DNA of 64,000 bases from the IMG/VR virus record IMGVR_UViG_3300027805_000006. One strand, 5' to 3'. The position numbers and the translations under genes are program-made. Below, piece after piece: positions 54,545-63,185 of the stretch; the stretch's first letter is position 1, and each line of letters opens with the position of its first letter. The notes beneath the pieces are model-generated. The model had not been told where the DNA came from. It made no database searches and worked only from the letters and a program-made list of their open reading frames with translations. Source of the DNA: a virus (Duplodnaviria > Caudoviricetes).

Positions 54545-55235
54545 GCTGTTTTCTTTTGTATGGTCTGGTAGTTTTTCTGACATACGGTGTTGCCCTACCA
54601 GATGTTCCATTTGAATTTGTTCTCCTGAGTGTAATCTCTGATGAACCTCTGCCAAGACTCCAACCTTGTGTAATATGCAATTCTAGTTCATCCTGATATA
54701 TCATCTTACTAGACGAACTGTTGTTTATCCAAAGTCTTCCCCTTGACACACTAGACTTGCCGCAATTTTCACCATGATATCTAGAATAGTTTGACATTCC
54801 CTTGCCGGTGTTATTACAAACTTCGCAAGTCCATACCCTGTCAACTGACCTATTGCCCTTCAATTTTGCTTGTTGTGCCATATACTTTTGAAATTCTAAG
54901 TCTTGAAATGGATGTGTGCCATTTTTACTAGAAATTTGACTCCAATGGGTGCCACGTTTGGCATTAGCAATATTCATTTGACGAGTAATCTCTGCCTTTT
55001 CTTCATAAGTAATACCAAAGCGTTTTGATATCGCCCACGCAGCACCCCAATCTTCTTGTTTTTTATGAAGTTCATAGTGTTCCTTGATAGACAGGGCAAC
55101 TAAATTAGATGGGTCATTGTTTGTGTAATCGCCGTCGATGTGATGTATGTCATATGATACTCCATACTCATCTTTTGGAATGTCTCCGTAATGTTGCTTA
55201 TACACTTTGATATACTTTCTTGATCTTTTATTCAT
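54537..55235 (-). CDS. HNH homing endonuclease
   Basis: DIHHIDGDYTNNDPSNL..LS..EH..LH; second NYSRYHGENC zinc-like motif. Confidence 0.85.
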   Translation of the reverse strand: MNKRSRKYIKVYKQHYGDIPKDEYGVSYDIHHIDGDYTNNDPSNLVALSIKEHYELHKKQEDWGAAWAISKRFGITYEEKAEITRQMNIANAKRGTHWSQISSKNGTHPFQDLEFQKYMAQQAKLKGNRSVDRVWTCEVCNNTGKGMSNYSRYHGENCGKSSVSRGRLWINNSSSSKMIYQDELELHITQGWSLGRGSSEITLRRTNSNGTSGRATPYVRKTTRPYKRKQHE

Positions 55236-55284
55236 AACTTATGCTCATTTGATAATATATATCTCTTGAGCATAAGTGTAAGAT

Positions 55285-55887
55285 TTATTTCATCCCTGCT
55301 AGCACGATACGGCAACAATGTTCCAAACGTTCTGCATGCTCAAACGCGCGCCATGGGCTCGTATCAACTGAAACTACACCGTGTCGATCCATGCCCACTA
55401 TGTTATACTGGAGTTCACCTGTTTCAGATTTTAACCTAAGACTCTTAACGCATGCATCAGCCAACTCTTGTGTGATAGGCGGAATCATTGGCACAGTTGG
55501 TGCAACGCTTGTATATCTGCTTAACTCGGGAAACTCTTTTAGCAAGTTTTGCAGGTCAACTCCCGCATACATTGCCGCAACGGTATATGTTGGATGAAGA
55601 TGCAGAACCACCCTAACATCCGTTGTGATTTTCTTTTGTAGGGCTAAATGCATCGGAAATTCACCACTTGGCTGAAGCTCTTTACTGATTGCAGTGTAGT
55701 CAAGCATCTTTCCATTTAGATCGGACTTTTTGAACATTTCTGGCTGAAGAGTCTGCTTTCTGACTCCGCTTGGTGTCACATAGAAATGATCCCGATCTTG
55801 CCAACGAATACTGGCGTTTCCATCTCTAGCAGTGATCCAGTTTCGCTTGTATGCTTCTTCAAAAATTTCGCTTAATGTTTCTAACAT
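55285..55887 (-). CDS. class II aldolase/adducin-family protein
   Basis: DGNAS, VTPSG, PSGE..MH, HLH, RHG metal motifs. Confidence 0.85.
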   Translation of the reverse strand: MLETLSEIFEEAYKRNWITARDGNASIRWQDRDHFYVTPSGVRKQTLQPEMFKKSDLNGKMLDYTAISKELQPSGEFPMHLALQKKITTDVRVVLHLHPTYTVAAMYAGVDLQNLLKEFPELSRYTSVAPTVPMIPPITQELADACVKSLRLKSETGELQYNIVGMDRHGVVSVDTSPWRAFEHAERLEHCCRIVLAGMK

Positions 55888-56319
55888 TTATTGATTCCTT
55901 ATAGTGCTTGCAAGGAACTGGTACCCCTTGCCAAGTGGGTGAATTCCATCTGCACTCACGTGCTGGGCGGCTAGTCCAATAACCTTGTCGCCATTTTTGA
56001 TGGCTATGTCCATGATTGTCTGGCGAATGGTCTGAATATCAACTCCACCCGCCTTTAAATTTCCAGAAGGCAGTATCCATACTACCTTTTGAGTAGCAAG
56101 GATACGCCTTCTGAGTTTTTCAAGTTCTTCACGTGTCTTGACATACTTATGGTCATTTGAGCCTAAACTAATAATTACATATTCACTAAAGACCTCATTT
56201 GGATATTGCTTGTTGAACTGCCAGGTGTTGATGCCACCTTTCGCGTAGGCTACACACTCTGGCATAGGCTTAGATAAGCCTACAGCAATGCTATCGCCCA
56301 ATATTATGCATTCAAACAT
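55888..56319 (-). CDS. SGNH/GDSL hydrolase
   Basis: GDSI, GSND and DGIHP blocks. Confidence 0.8.
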   Translation of the reverse strand: MFECIILGDSIAVGLSKPMPECVAYAKGGINTWQFNKQYPNEVFSEYVIISLGSNDHKYVKTREELEKLRRRILATQKVVWILPSGNLKAGGVDIQTIRQTIMDIAIKNGDKVIGLAAQHVSADGIHPLGKGYQFLASTIRNQ

Positions 56320-56879
56320 TATAGTGTCTCGCCGCCTACTGTGCGATTACAGGCACAAAGTTCGCCAGTTTGAAGAGCGTCTAGCACTCGAAGGGTTTCT
56401 TCTGGGCTACGTCCAACATCAAGATTATTAACCGTAACATGCTGGATAATGCCTTCTGGATCAACAATAAATGTAGCACGTAAAGCAGCGCCAGCTCGGT
56501 GATCAAAACAACCAAGTTGTTCAATTAGACTTTCGGCACCACGTGGTGTACCTGGCGCGTGACGATGACGGTCAGCAAACTGAATATGGCGGATCTTACG
56601 TAGATCGTCATGTGATTTTTGCCAGGCTACCTTACAGAATTCGTTATCTGTACTACCAGTTAGTAGCACTGCATCACGGTCTTCAAAGTCCTGGAACAAC
56701 TTATCATAGGCTATAATTTCTGTAGGGCAAACGAATGTAAAGTCCTTGGGGTAGTAAACAATAACCTTCCACTTACCTTCGAAACTCTTTTCTGTAATAT
56801 TAAAGAAAGCGTCTTCGGGTTGTCCTGGCTTAACTCCAATAACAACGAACGGCTCAATCTTATCTCCTACGGTTTTCAT
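56319..56879 (-). CDS. ahpC: peroxiredoxin AhpC
   Basis: YPKDFTFVCPTEI, GRSPEETLRVLDALQTGELC; start MKTVGD behind AAGGA. Confidence 0.93.
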   Translation of the reverse strand: MKTVGDKIEPFVVIGVKPGQPEDAFFNITEKSFEGKWKVIVYYPKDFTFVCPTEIIAYDKLFQDFEDRDAVLLTGSTDNEFCKVAWQKSHDDLRKIRHIQFADRHRHAPGTPRGAESLIEQLGCFDHRAGAALRATFIVDPEGIIQHVTVNNLDVGRSPEETLRVLDALQTGELCACNRTVGGETL

Positions 56880-57027
56880 TTTAATTTCCTTTCGGCGGAA
56901 TATTTTTAAAAAGCAAAATTGCTCAATCACTAATAGTATTTTATTGCGAAAAGAGCGCTCCCGCGATTAGTTATTTTAATCTCGATAATAAATGAATTAT
57001 ATCAATAATAATCTATTGATAAATATC

Positions 57028-57636
57028 TTAAATTGAGATTGAACTGCTGGTTTTTGTATTTTTTCGTGAACACAACAATAGGTACTGTGTTCTAGAAGTA
57101 GAAGGTGTGGACATTTTTACATCCACTGTAGTTTCAGCTAAGTTAAAAAGAAATTTCCCGGCATGGTCAAATGCTTCGGTATGAAGAACATACAATTTTT
57201 TGTATTCACATGCAGCAACTATTGCAGTTATTACAGAACCTAGTACATATCCATTTACGACTGGTCGCTGATTATTAAACACTATCCTGAACTTTGCACC
57301 CACTAGAACTTCCCCATGAATGTTCTCGGTATCATAGAGTGTCGTGCGGTCATAATAAACAGAATGTGCACCTACATTTGATACTAAATCGAAATTTTGC
57401 AGATTTTCTTTTTTCGGCGATGGAGTGGGCGATGGAGTGGGCGATGGTATGACTTCAGTAAGAATTGGTAAAACCTCGTTTTTAACTTCAGCGTATTGAG
57501 TTAGATAATAAGCCCCTTCATTAATTGCTGCTTTTATACCAAATACCGTAAAAAAAGACAATAGAAATACAGATAGGCAAACACAAATTTTATATAATGA
57601 TAGCGGCATATGTAATCTATTATGGTGTTTTAGCAA
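57028..57636 (-). CDS. membrane-anchored periplasmic protein
   Basis: N-terminal TM helix, PSPTPSPTP linker, two Cys. Confidence 0.6.
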   Translation of the reverse strand: MLKHHNRLHMPLSLYKICVCLSVFLLSFFTVFGIKAAINEGAYYLTQYAEVKNEVLPILTEVIPSPTPSPTPSPKKENLQNFDLVSNVGAHSVYYDRTTLYDTENIHGEVLVGAKFRIVFNNQRPVVNGYVLGSVITAIVAACEYKKLYVLHTEAFDHAGKFLFNLAETTVDVKMSTPSTSRTQYLLLCSRKNTKTSSSISI

Positions 57637-57681
57637 ATGGACGAAGACATGCCAAAATAAAAGATGTAACTGCTAAAATCA

Positions 57682-57885
57682 TTAGCGGTACCACCCATCG
57701 TCTAACACTTTTCCAATTTCCTCAAGTTTTTTTCTTAATTCCCTAATTGCCTTCTCTGCGCGCTCTCGCTCTTCTGTAGTCATAGCGCCAGGTTGCAGAA
57801 TAATACTAATCTCACCGATGTCAGCACTTACATTGCCTTCATCATCCTTTATAAAACTACGGCCGCGCTTTGAGATAATTTTCAT
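57682..57885 (-). CDS. hypothetical protein
   Basis: 67-aa ORF behind CATAAATA (57893-57900). Confidence 0.55.
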   Translation of the reverse strand: MKIISKRGRSFIKDDEGNVSADIGEISIILQPGAMTTEERERAEKAIRELRKKLEEIGKVLDDGWYR

Positions 57886-57904
57886 ACTTGCATATTTATG
57901 TGTA

Positions 57905-59122
57905 TTAAGAAATAATTTTTTCGGCTAACTGCTTTGCAGTTGCAGCACCAAGTGTCCAGCCCAAATGACCATGACCCCCGTGGTACCATACACCCTTAAC
58001 AGATGACTGTTTAACAATTGGCATCATATCACTTGACATAGGCCTTAAGCAGGCCCATGGGAAATAAGATGCAATATCAAGTTTAGGAAAGTTACTAGCA
58101 ACCCAACTCAGAAGCGGTTGAATTCGGTTCATTTTTATGTCCAGGTTTTCACCATCCAGTTCTGCGGTGCCTGCCACTCTCAGCGTTAATCCAAGAAGCG
58201 AACATACTATTTTTCGTTCATCATCAAGCAGTGACAGTTTAGGAGCAGCGTGAAGAGCATCTTCTGGCAGGTCAATGCTAATAGAGTATCCCTTTACAGG
58301 ATAAATGTTAAGGAAATCTCCAAACTTACTTGCCATTTTTCTCATTTCATGCCCGTTAGCAAGTACTACAGCATCATATCCGCCAGTTAAGACCTTTTCA
58401 CTGCCGGTAGAACCATAAATGAAGACAAAACCATGTTTACGCTCTATCTCTTCTACATCCATACGCGCAAACTTTACGCCCTCTTGTTGAAGTTTTATAC
58501 CCAGCATCTTACAGAAAAGATGACAGTCACCAATAAAATCAGATGGGGTGTGTAAGCCTCCAATTAGGCCCTTAAAATTAGAAAGAGTTGGATCAATCTT
58601 TAGGATCTGCTCAGGCGCAACAGGGAAAATTTCTAATCCGGCGTCAGAAAGAACTTCGGCATTCTTAACTGCTGCAATCATAGTTGCATTATCAGTATAA
58701 AGGTTTAGAAGACCACAAACACTTTGATTGTAAAAAAGCATCTCATCATGAGCAATCTGCTTGTACAGTTCGCGTGACTGTAACCCCAATTTTACAGTTT
58801 CAATTGTATTAGATCGATGTGTTGAATTGATGGTGTGGCGCATAAAGCCCGCAATCCACGTCAATTTTTGAAGAGACGGACTTGGTTTAATAAGAAATGG
58901 CGCTGATGGGCTGAGCATCCACTTAAGTCCCTTACCAACGTTTCCCCATGTATTCCAAGTTGCTGAATTGCAGACGCTTATTTGACCACCGTTTGCCCTA
59001 GAACATTGCATTGCAACTCCGGGCTGCTTCTCAAAAATAGTAACTTCAAACCCGGCTTTTTTAAGATAATATGCAGATAGAATACCGCTTATTCCTGCAC
59101 CTACAACTGCTGCTCGTTTCAT
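57905..59122 (-). CDS. dadA: D-amino acid dehydrogenase (DadA-like)
   Basis: VVGAGISG FAD motif, SRANGGQIS, PVKGYSIS, WACLRP, GHGHLGWT. Confidence 0.85.
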   Translation of the reverse strand: MKRAAVVGAGISGILSAYYLKKAGFEVTIFEKQPGVAMQCSRANGGQISVCNSATWNTWGNVGKGLKWMLSPSAPFLIKPSPSLQKLTWIAGFMRHTINSTHRSNTIETVKLGLQSRELYKQIAHDEMLFYNQSVCGLLNLYTDNATMIAAVKNAEVLSDAGLEIFPVAPEQILKIDPTLSNFKGLIGGLHTPSDFIGDCHLFCKMLGIKLQQEGVKFARMDVEEIERKHGFVFIYGSTGSEKVLTGGYDAVVLANGHEMRKMASKFGDFLNIYPVKGYSISIDLPEDALHAAPKLSLLDDERKIVCSLLGLTLRVAGTAELDGENLDIKMNRIQPLLSWVASNFPKLDIASYFPWACLRPMSSDMMPIVKQSSVKGVWYHGGHGHLGWTLGAATAKQLAEKIIS

Positions 59123-59160
59123 GTGTGGTGTTCTCTTAGATAGTTGCTATACGCTGCTAT

Positions 59161-60168
59161 TTAATTCTTAATTTGACTCCATACCCTCTCACGAATTTGT
59201 ACAGTAAGGCTGACTGGTAAAGGAACATAGTCTAATTCTACAGCCATGTTCTTGCCATTCTTAAATGCCCAATCAAAAAACTTTAGCACTTCTCGACTTG
59301 CTGTCTTGTCAGAAGGGTCTTTATACATAATAATAAAACTAGCCGTTGCGATTGGCCAAACAAGATCGCCACGTTGATCAACGATGCTTAGCCCCATCCC
59401 CGGCACGCTAAACCAGTCTGCGCCGGCGGCGGCAGCGGCAAACGTCATATCATCTGGACTAACCCATTTTCCATTTTTATTTTGAAGCTGAAGAAACACG
59501 AGATTATTCTTCTTCACATAGGCGTATTCAACATAGCCAATACTTCCCTTAACTCGCTGAACATTGGCAGCAACGCCTTCATTGCCTTTGCCGCCGACTG
59601 AACTTGCTGCTGGCCACTTCACTGCAGCACCTCGACCAACTCGCCGTGCCCATTCAGCGCTAGTAGTAGTTAGATAATCTGTGAAGTTAAATGTGGTACC
59701 ACTACCATCGGCCCGATGAATAACTGTGATGTTTAAGTCTGGTAGCTTCTTTCCAGGATTTAGGGCAGCAAGCTTAGGATCATTCCACTTAACAACATCT
59801 CCCATGAAGACCTCAGCAAGAATTTTTCCTGTAATACGAAGTTCTCCTGGCTTAAAGCCTTCAAGATTTACAATAGGAACCGTTCCACCAATAACTGCAG
59901 GAAACTGCACCTGTTGATTTTTATCCAGGTCTTCTCCCTTTACAGGTGCGTCAGTAGCACCAAAGGTCACCGTCTTGCTGTTGATTTGACGAATGCCACC
60001 ACTTGATCCAATGCTCTGGTAGTTAAGACCTACTCCAGTTTCTTTCTTGTATGCTTCTGCCCATTTTGCATAGATTGGGTACGGGAACGTGGCGCCGGCG
60101 CCGGTTAAATCAGCGGCTGATACCGAAATGCTGATGCTCGCCAGTAAAAGTGCAACAAGTTTCTTCAT
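59161..60168 (-). CDS. pstS: phosphate ABC transporter substrate-binding protein PstS
   Basis: GAGATFPYP.Y.KWA, YQSIGSSGG, HRADGSGTT, GKGNEGV. Confidence 0.95.
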   Translation of the reverse strand: MKKLVALLLASISISVSAADLTGAGATFPYPIYAKWAEAYKKETGVGLNYQSIGSSGGIRQINSKTVTFGATDAPVKGEDLDKNQQVQFPAVIGGTVPIVNLEGFKPGELRITGKILAEVFMGDVVKWNDPKLAALNPGKKLPDLNITVIHRADGSGTTFNFTDYLTTTSAEWARRVGRGAAVKWPAASSVGGKGNEGVAANVQRVKGSIGYVEYAYVKKNNLVFLQLQNKNGKWVSPDDMTFAAAAAGADWFSVPGMGLSIVDQRGDLVWPIATASFIIMYKDPSDKTASREVLKFFDWAFKNGKNMAVELDYVPLPVSLTVQIRERVWSQIKN

Positions 60169-60253
60169 GAAAAATCCTCCAAGTAATGATAATATTTATC
60201 ATAAATTTTATCATAGAGAAAGCAATGTTCTTCTATGCTACCTAGAAATAAAA

Positions 60254-60273
60254 GGGGCTACTTGCGTAGCCCC
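60254..60273 (-). terminator. intrinsic terminator ending the tmRNA gene
   Basis: GGGGCTAC-GCAA-GTAGCCCC-TTTTATTT on the minus strand. Confidence 0.8.
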
Positions 60274-60640
60274 AGTGGTTTGTTGGGTAATAAGGCCTTT
60301 CCTGCCCCAGGTGGTTTACGCTACTAAGCGAAGTTCCCCACCGAAAAATGCATCGTTTGCATTTATGGATTTTGCTTCATTTACGTCGATCGCCTGACGT
60401 GCTGTCCATGCGCCTACTCTTTACCCCGTCGAAACCTTGTCACCCCCATCAGAGAATATACTATCTTGGCTCCTGCTGTTACGCTATCAACACACAAGTT
60501 CTGCCCTCATCATCGTTTAAGCTTCAGGTCAGACCATAATATATTCTCTGGTGGAGGTGGGCGGAATCGAACCGCCGTCCGGAACACTTTTCGGTTTACT
60601 TCTTTCCTTTCGGTCTTTACAGCAATATCTCTATTATATT
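60274..60640 (-). ncRNA. ssrA: circularly permuted (two-piece) tmRNA
   Basis: T arm and CACCTCC-A-CCA (ends 60549) come before GGGGGTG...TTCGAC (starts 60447); G3:U70; tag ANDAFFGGELRLVA* at 60360-60316; upstream boundary approximate. Confidence 0.88.
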
Positions 60641-60673
60641 TTATTTGATAACCAGTTTTAAAGATAATCCTGA

Positions 60674-61357
60674 TTACTTTACCTTAGCATTAAACCATGG
60701 GTCTGTGATAACGATAGTGTCTCCACGCATCATTGCATTTTCGGTATGTAGATCCCAATCTAACTTGTTTATTCTTCCCTTGTAGTAGAGAAGCACCATC
60801 AGTTTGTAGATAACCTCGTACTCAAGTAGTTCGCGCCGACTTAGCCCCCGTATCATTTCTACTGTTTCTTCGGCAGTACCTAATCGGTCAAAGCCCTTCC
60901 ACGTATCAACATTCATTAGGAACTTCTTTGCCTTTGCCCAACTTAGACGATTAATTGTGCAGTCGCTTAGAGCCCATATCATGGCTTCTTCAAGGCTTTT
61001 TTCAGGTATAGCCGATAACTTTTCCATCGTCACCATTATGTATTCTTTGTCATCAGCATCAAATACTTCGACTTCTTTTCCAATAAATCTTGGCAAATGG
61101 TCAAGGTTGTCGTTGTCCTTGCAAAACTTATAGAATTTCATAAAGGTATCGCCAGCCTCTCCAGCACCCTCGCCATCATCTGGCATAATAATCTTTATGA
61201 CTTCCTTATCGCTTTTTGCCCACACTGTTGCATCAGCCCCGGTGCCAAGAAGTTTATAACCACCTTTACGTAGTGTGCTTCTAATTTCTTTGCTTGCTAA
61301 TGTGCGTGTTTCTGCTTCAAAAAATGAATTGGCAAGAAATATTTCATTTAATTGCAT
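60674..61357 (-). CDS. atypical protein-kinase-like protein
   Basis: Gly loop LGTGADATV, VIK, catalytic DLHTEN, then ITDPW. Confidence 0.7.
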   Translation of the reverse strand: MQLNEIFLANSFFEAETRTLASKEIRSTLRKGGYKLLGTGADATVWAKSDKEVIKIIMPDDGEGAGEAGDTFMKFYKFCKDNDNLDHLPRFIGKEVEVFDADDKEYIMVTMEKLSAIPEKSLEEAMIWALSDCTINRLSWAKAKKFLMNVDTWKGFDRLGTAEETVEMIRGLSRRELLEYEVIYKLMVLLYYKGRINKLDWDLHTENAMMRGDTIVITDPWFNAKVK

Positions 61358-61684
61358 TTGGCTGCCGTATCGACATTAAAGTTATACGACTTTATTTATG
61401 AGTGCGGTGAGATAAAACGTTAATTATCGTCTTTTGAATTACAGCATCTTTTATCTTCGTTTTTCTTTTCGCCCGCAAGGAATCCTAAAGCAGTACTTGC
61501 TAAAGATAACATTGCAGCCAACCATTCTCCAGGCGGATCAACATTTATTCCCATACTTTTAAAAAGAAGTACATTTCCATATTATTTCTCCTCTTGACCA
61601 TTTTTGATTTAGGTCTAAGAAAGGGGTTTCTTTCTATATTCTATTTAGAAGTAGGCCGCAATTTTACTATTTTTAGACGGCAAC

Positions 61685-61993
61685 TTAGTTACTTTTTGGC
61701 TGTTCTGGTTGCTTTTCAGTTGTGAAGCCATTGCCTATATCTAGAACACAAGCAAATTCACCATCAGTTACTATAAGTGTCCAACTCCCAGTACTAGTAT
61801 TTACAACTAGAACCGTAATAAGTCCCTTATCATTTTTACCATGCCATACTGGAAGTTCATTATAATCGCGTGCAATTTTGAAAATGGCGGTGGCCTTATC
61901 GCACAACATTGTACGATTAGTTTGAAACGTTTGGGCGTTGGCTACGGTGCTGATGAAGCAAAATAGAAACGCCGCAGTTAGTTTTTTCAGCAT
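61685..61993 (-). CDS. small secreted hypothetical protein
   Basis: signal peptide, two Cys, AAGGAG RBS. Confidence 0.65.
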   Translation of the reverse strand: MLKKLTAAFLFCFISTVANAQTFQTNRTMLCDKATAIFKIARDYNELPVWHGKNDKGLITVLVVNTSTGSWTLIVTDGEFACVLDIGNGFTTEKQPEQPKSN

Positions 61994-62049
61994 GTTTGCG
62001 GCTCCTTTAATAGTTTTAGGTAAGGTAATTCTACTTACCTAAATTCTAT

Positions 62050-62487
62050 TTACCATTTATCACGCGTATTATCCCAAATAGGATTGCCTTCAAGACCAAA
62101 TGCAATGCTGTGAAAATCGGCTATAATAAACAGCGCCTTGTAGACATCATTTGGCCATCCCTTTCGCCCATCTTGGTCGGTAAGCAACCACCTGGCAAAG
62201 CGATTTTGTAATTCCTGTGTTCCCCACATTACCTCTATCGTTTGCATTATGCGAGGGTATGCAGTTTTTACAGTATTTGCAATATCTTCTGGCAGATGAG
62301 AAACGTCCTTAAAAAAGCGCGGATCGAGAGGATCTTGCTTCTCGACCCGCACCTTATCCTTGGGAATTTCTTCTACATCTAAAATTTCATCTAACTCAAA
62401 AAGTTTTGGAAATTGTATTTCTTCTTCTTTTTCAGCAGAATTATTAGATGCAGGAGGTAACTTAAAAGGAAACTTCATTTTTCTCAA
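62050..62487 (-). CDS. hypothetical protein
   Basis: 145-aa ORF; YPRI..I...WG..E...RKGWP segment. Confidence 0.6.
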   Translation of the reverse strand: MRKMKFPFKLPPASNNSAEKEEEIQFPKLFELDEILDVEEIPKDKVRVEKQDPLDPRFFKDVSHLPEDIANTVKTAYPRIMQTIEVMWGTQELQNRFARWLLTDQDGRKGWPNDVYKALFIIADFHSIAFGLEGNPIWDNTRDKW

Positions 62488-62519
62488 TCTTTCCCATTTC
62501 AGTAGGAAAGATTATTTAG

Positions 62520-63089
62520 TTAAGCAGGTGTGCGCTGCACCGGCACGCGGCGAACCGTGGCGCCAGCTGCTGTCCTGATGATTTCAACATTGGATGGCTC
62601 AGTTGGCTTCTTCACTGCCGTCCGCTTCACTGAAGCAACTGCACCGTGTAGGGCAGCACGTGCCTTATCAAGAACGGAAACATCGACATTCATCGCCTTT
62701 CCGGACTTGGCATTTACACCCCTGAATGCCTTAGACGGGATACCATTCTTGTCAGCGAGACGACCACCTACGATGCGGCTCAATTCAATCAATTCCTTCT
62801 TGACGGAACGGAAAGTTGAGTTAGGCTTTACCTTCTGCGCCGTAGATACAAGAAGGTGCTCATTAGGCTTGATGAATTCAGGATTAACAAAGTTGTAGGT
62901 ACGTGGCACTACAAAATTTACTGGACCAAGTTGCTGGCTTTCAGATACGACTACCTCAACATCCATCCATTCTTTGTAGTGATTGGCAGGGCGATGGTCC
63001 TTCCAAAAACCATCCTTCATCTGGGGGATAAGGACAGACTTGAGTAGGGCTGCTTGAATGTTAGAAGAAACAAAAAGTTGCTTAGTCAT
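62520..63089 (-). CDS. hypothetical protein
   Basis: MTKQLF start behind GGAGAG. Confidence 0.6.
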   Translation of the reverse strand: MTKQLFVSSNIQAALLKSVLIPQMKDGFWKDHRPANHYKEWMDVEVVVSESQQLGPVNFVVPRTYNFVNPEFIKPNEHLLVSTAQKVKPNSTFRSVKKELIELSRIVGGRLADKNGIPSKAFRGVNAKSGKAMNVDVSVLDKARAALHGAVASVKRTAVKKPTEPSNVEIIRTAAGATVRRVPVQRTPA

Positions 63090-63185
63090 ATACTCTCCAG
63101 GGTGTTTACGAAACGACATACCTGCTTGCATTTTATCCTGTTTTTAGGATAAAGTAAACAGATTTTTTCAAAAATGTCAGGTTGA

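Noticed and set aside
56930-57027. OxyR box upstream of ahpC
   Set aside because: An ATCAATA-N6-TATTGAT inverted repeat is present, but the ATAG-N7-CTAT periodicity is not convincing in such AT-rich sequence
60448-60548. Hammerhead ribozyme in the tmRNA spacer
   Set aside because: It has ATGATGAG rather than CTGATGAG and no matching GAAA with stems I-III
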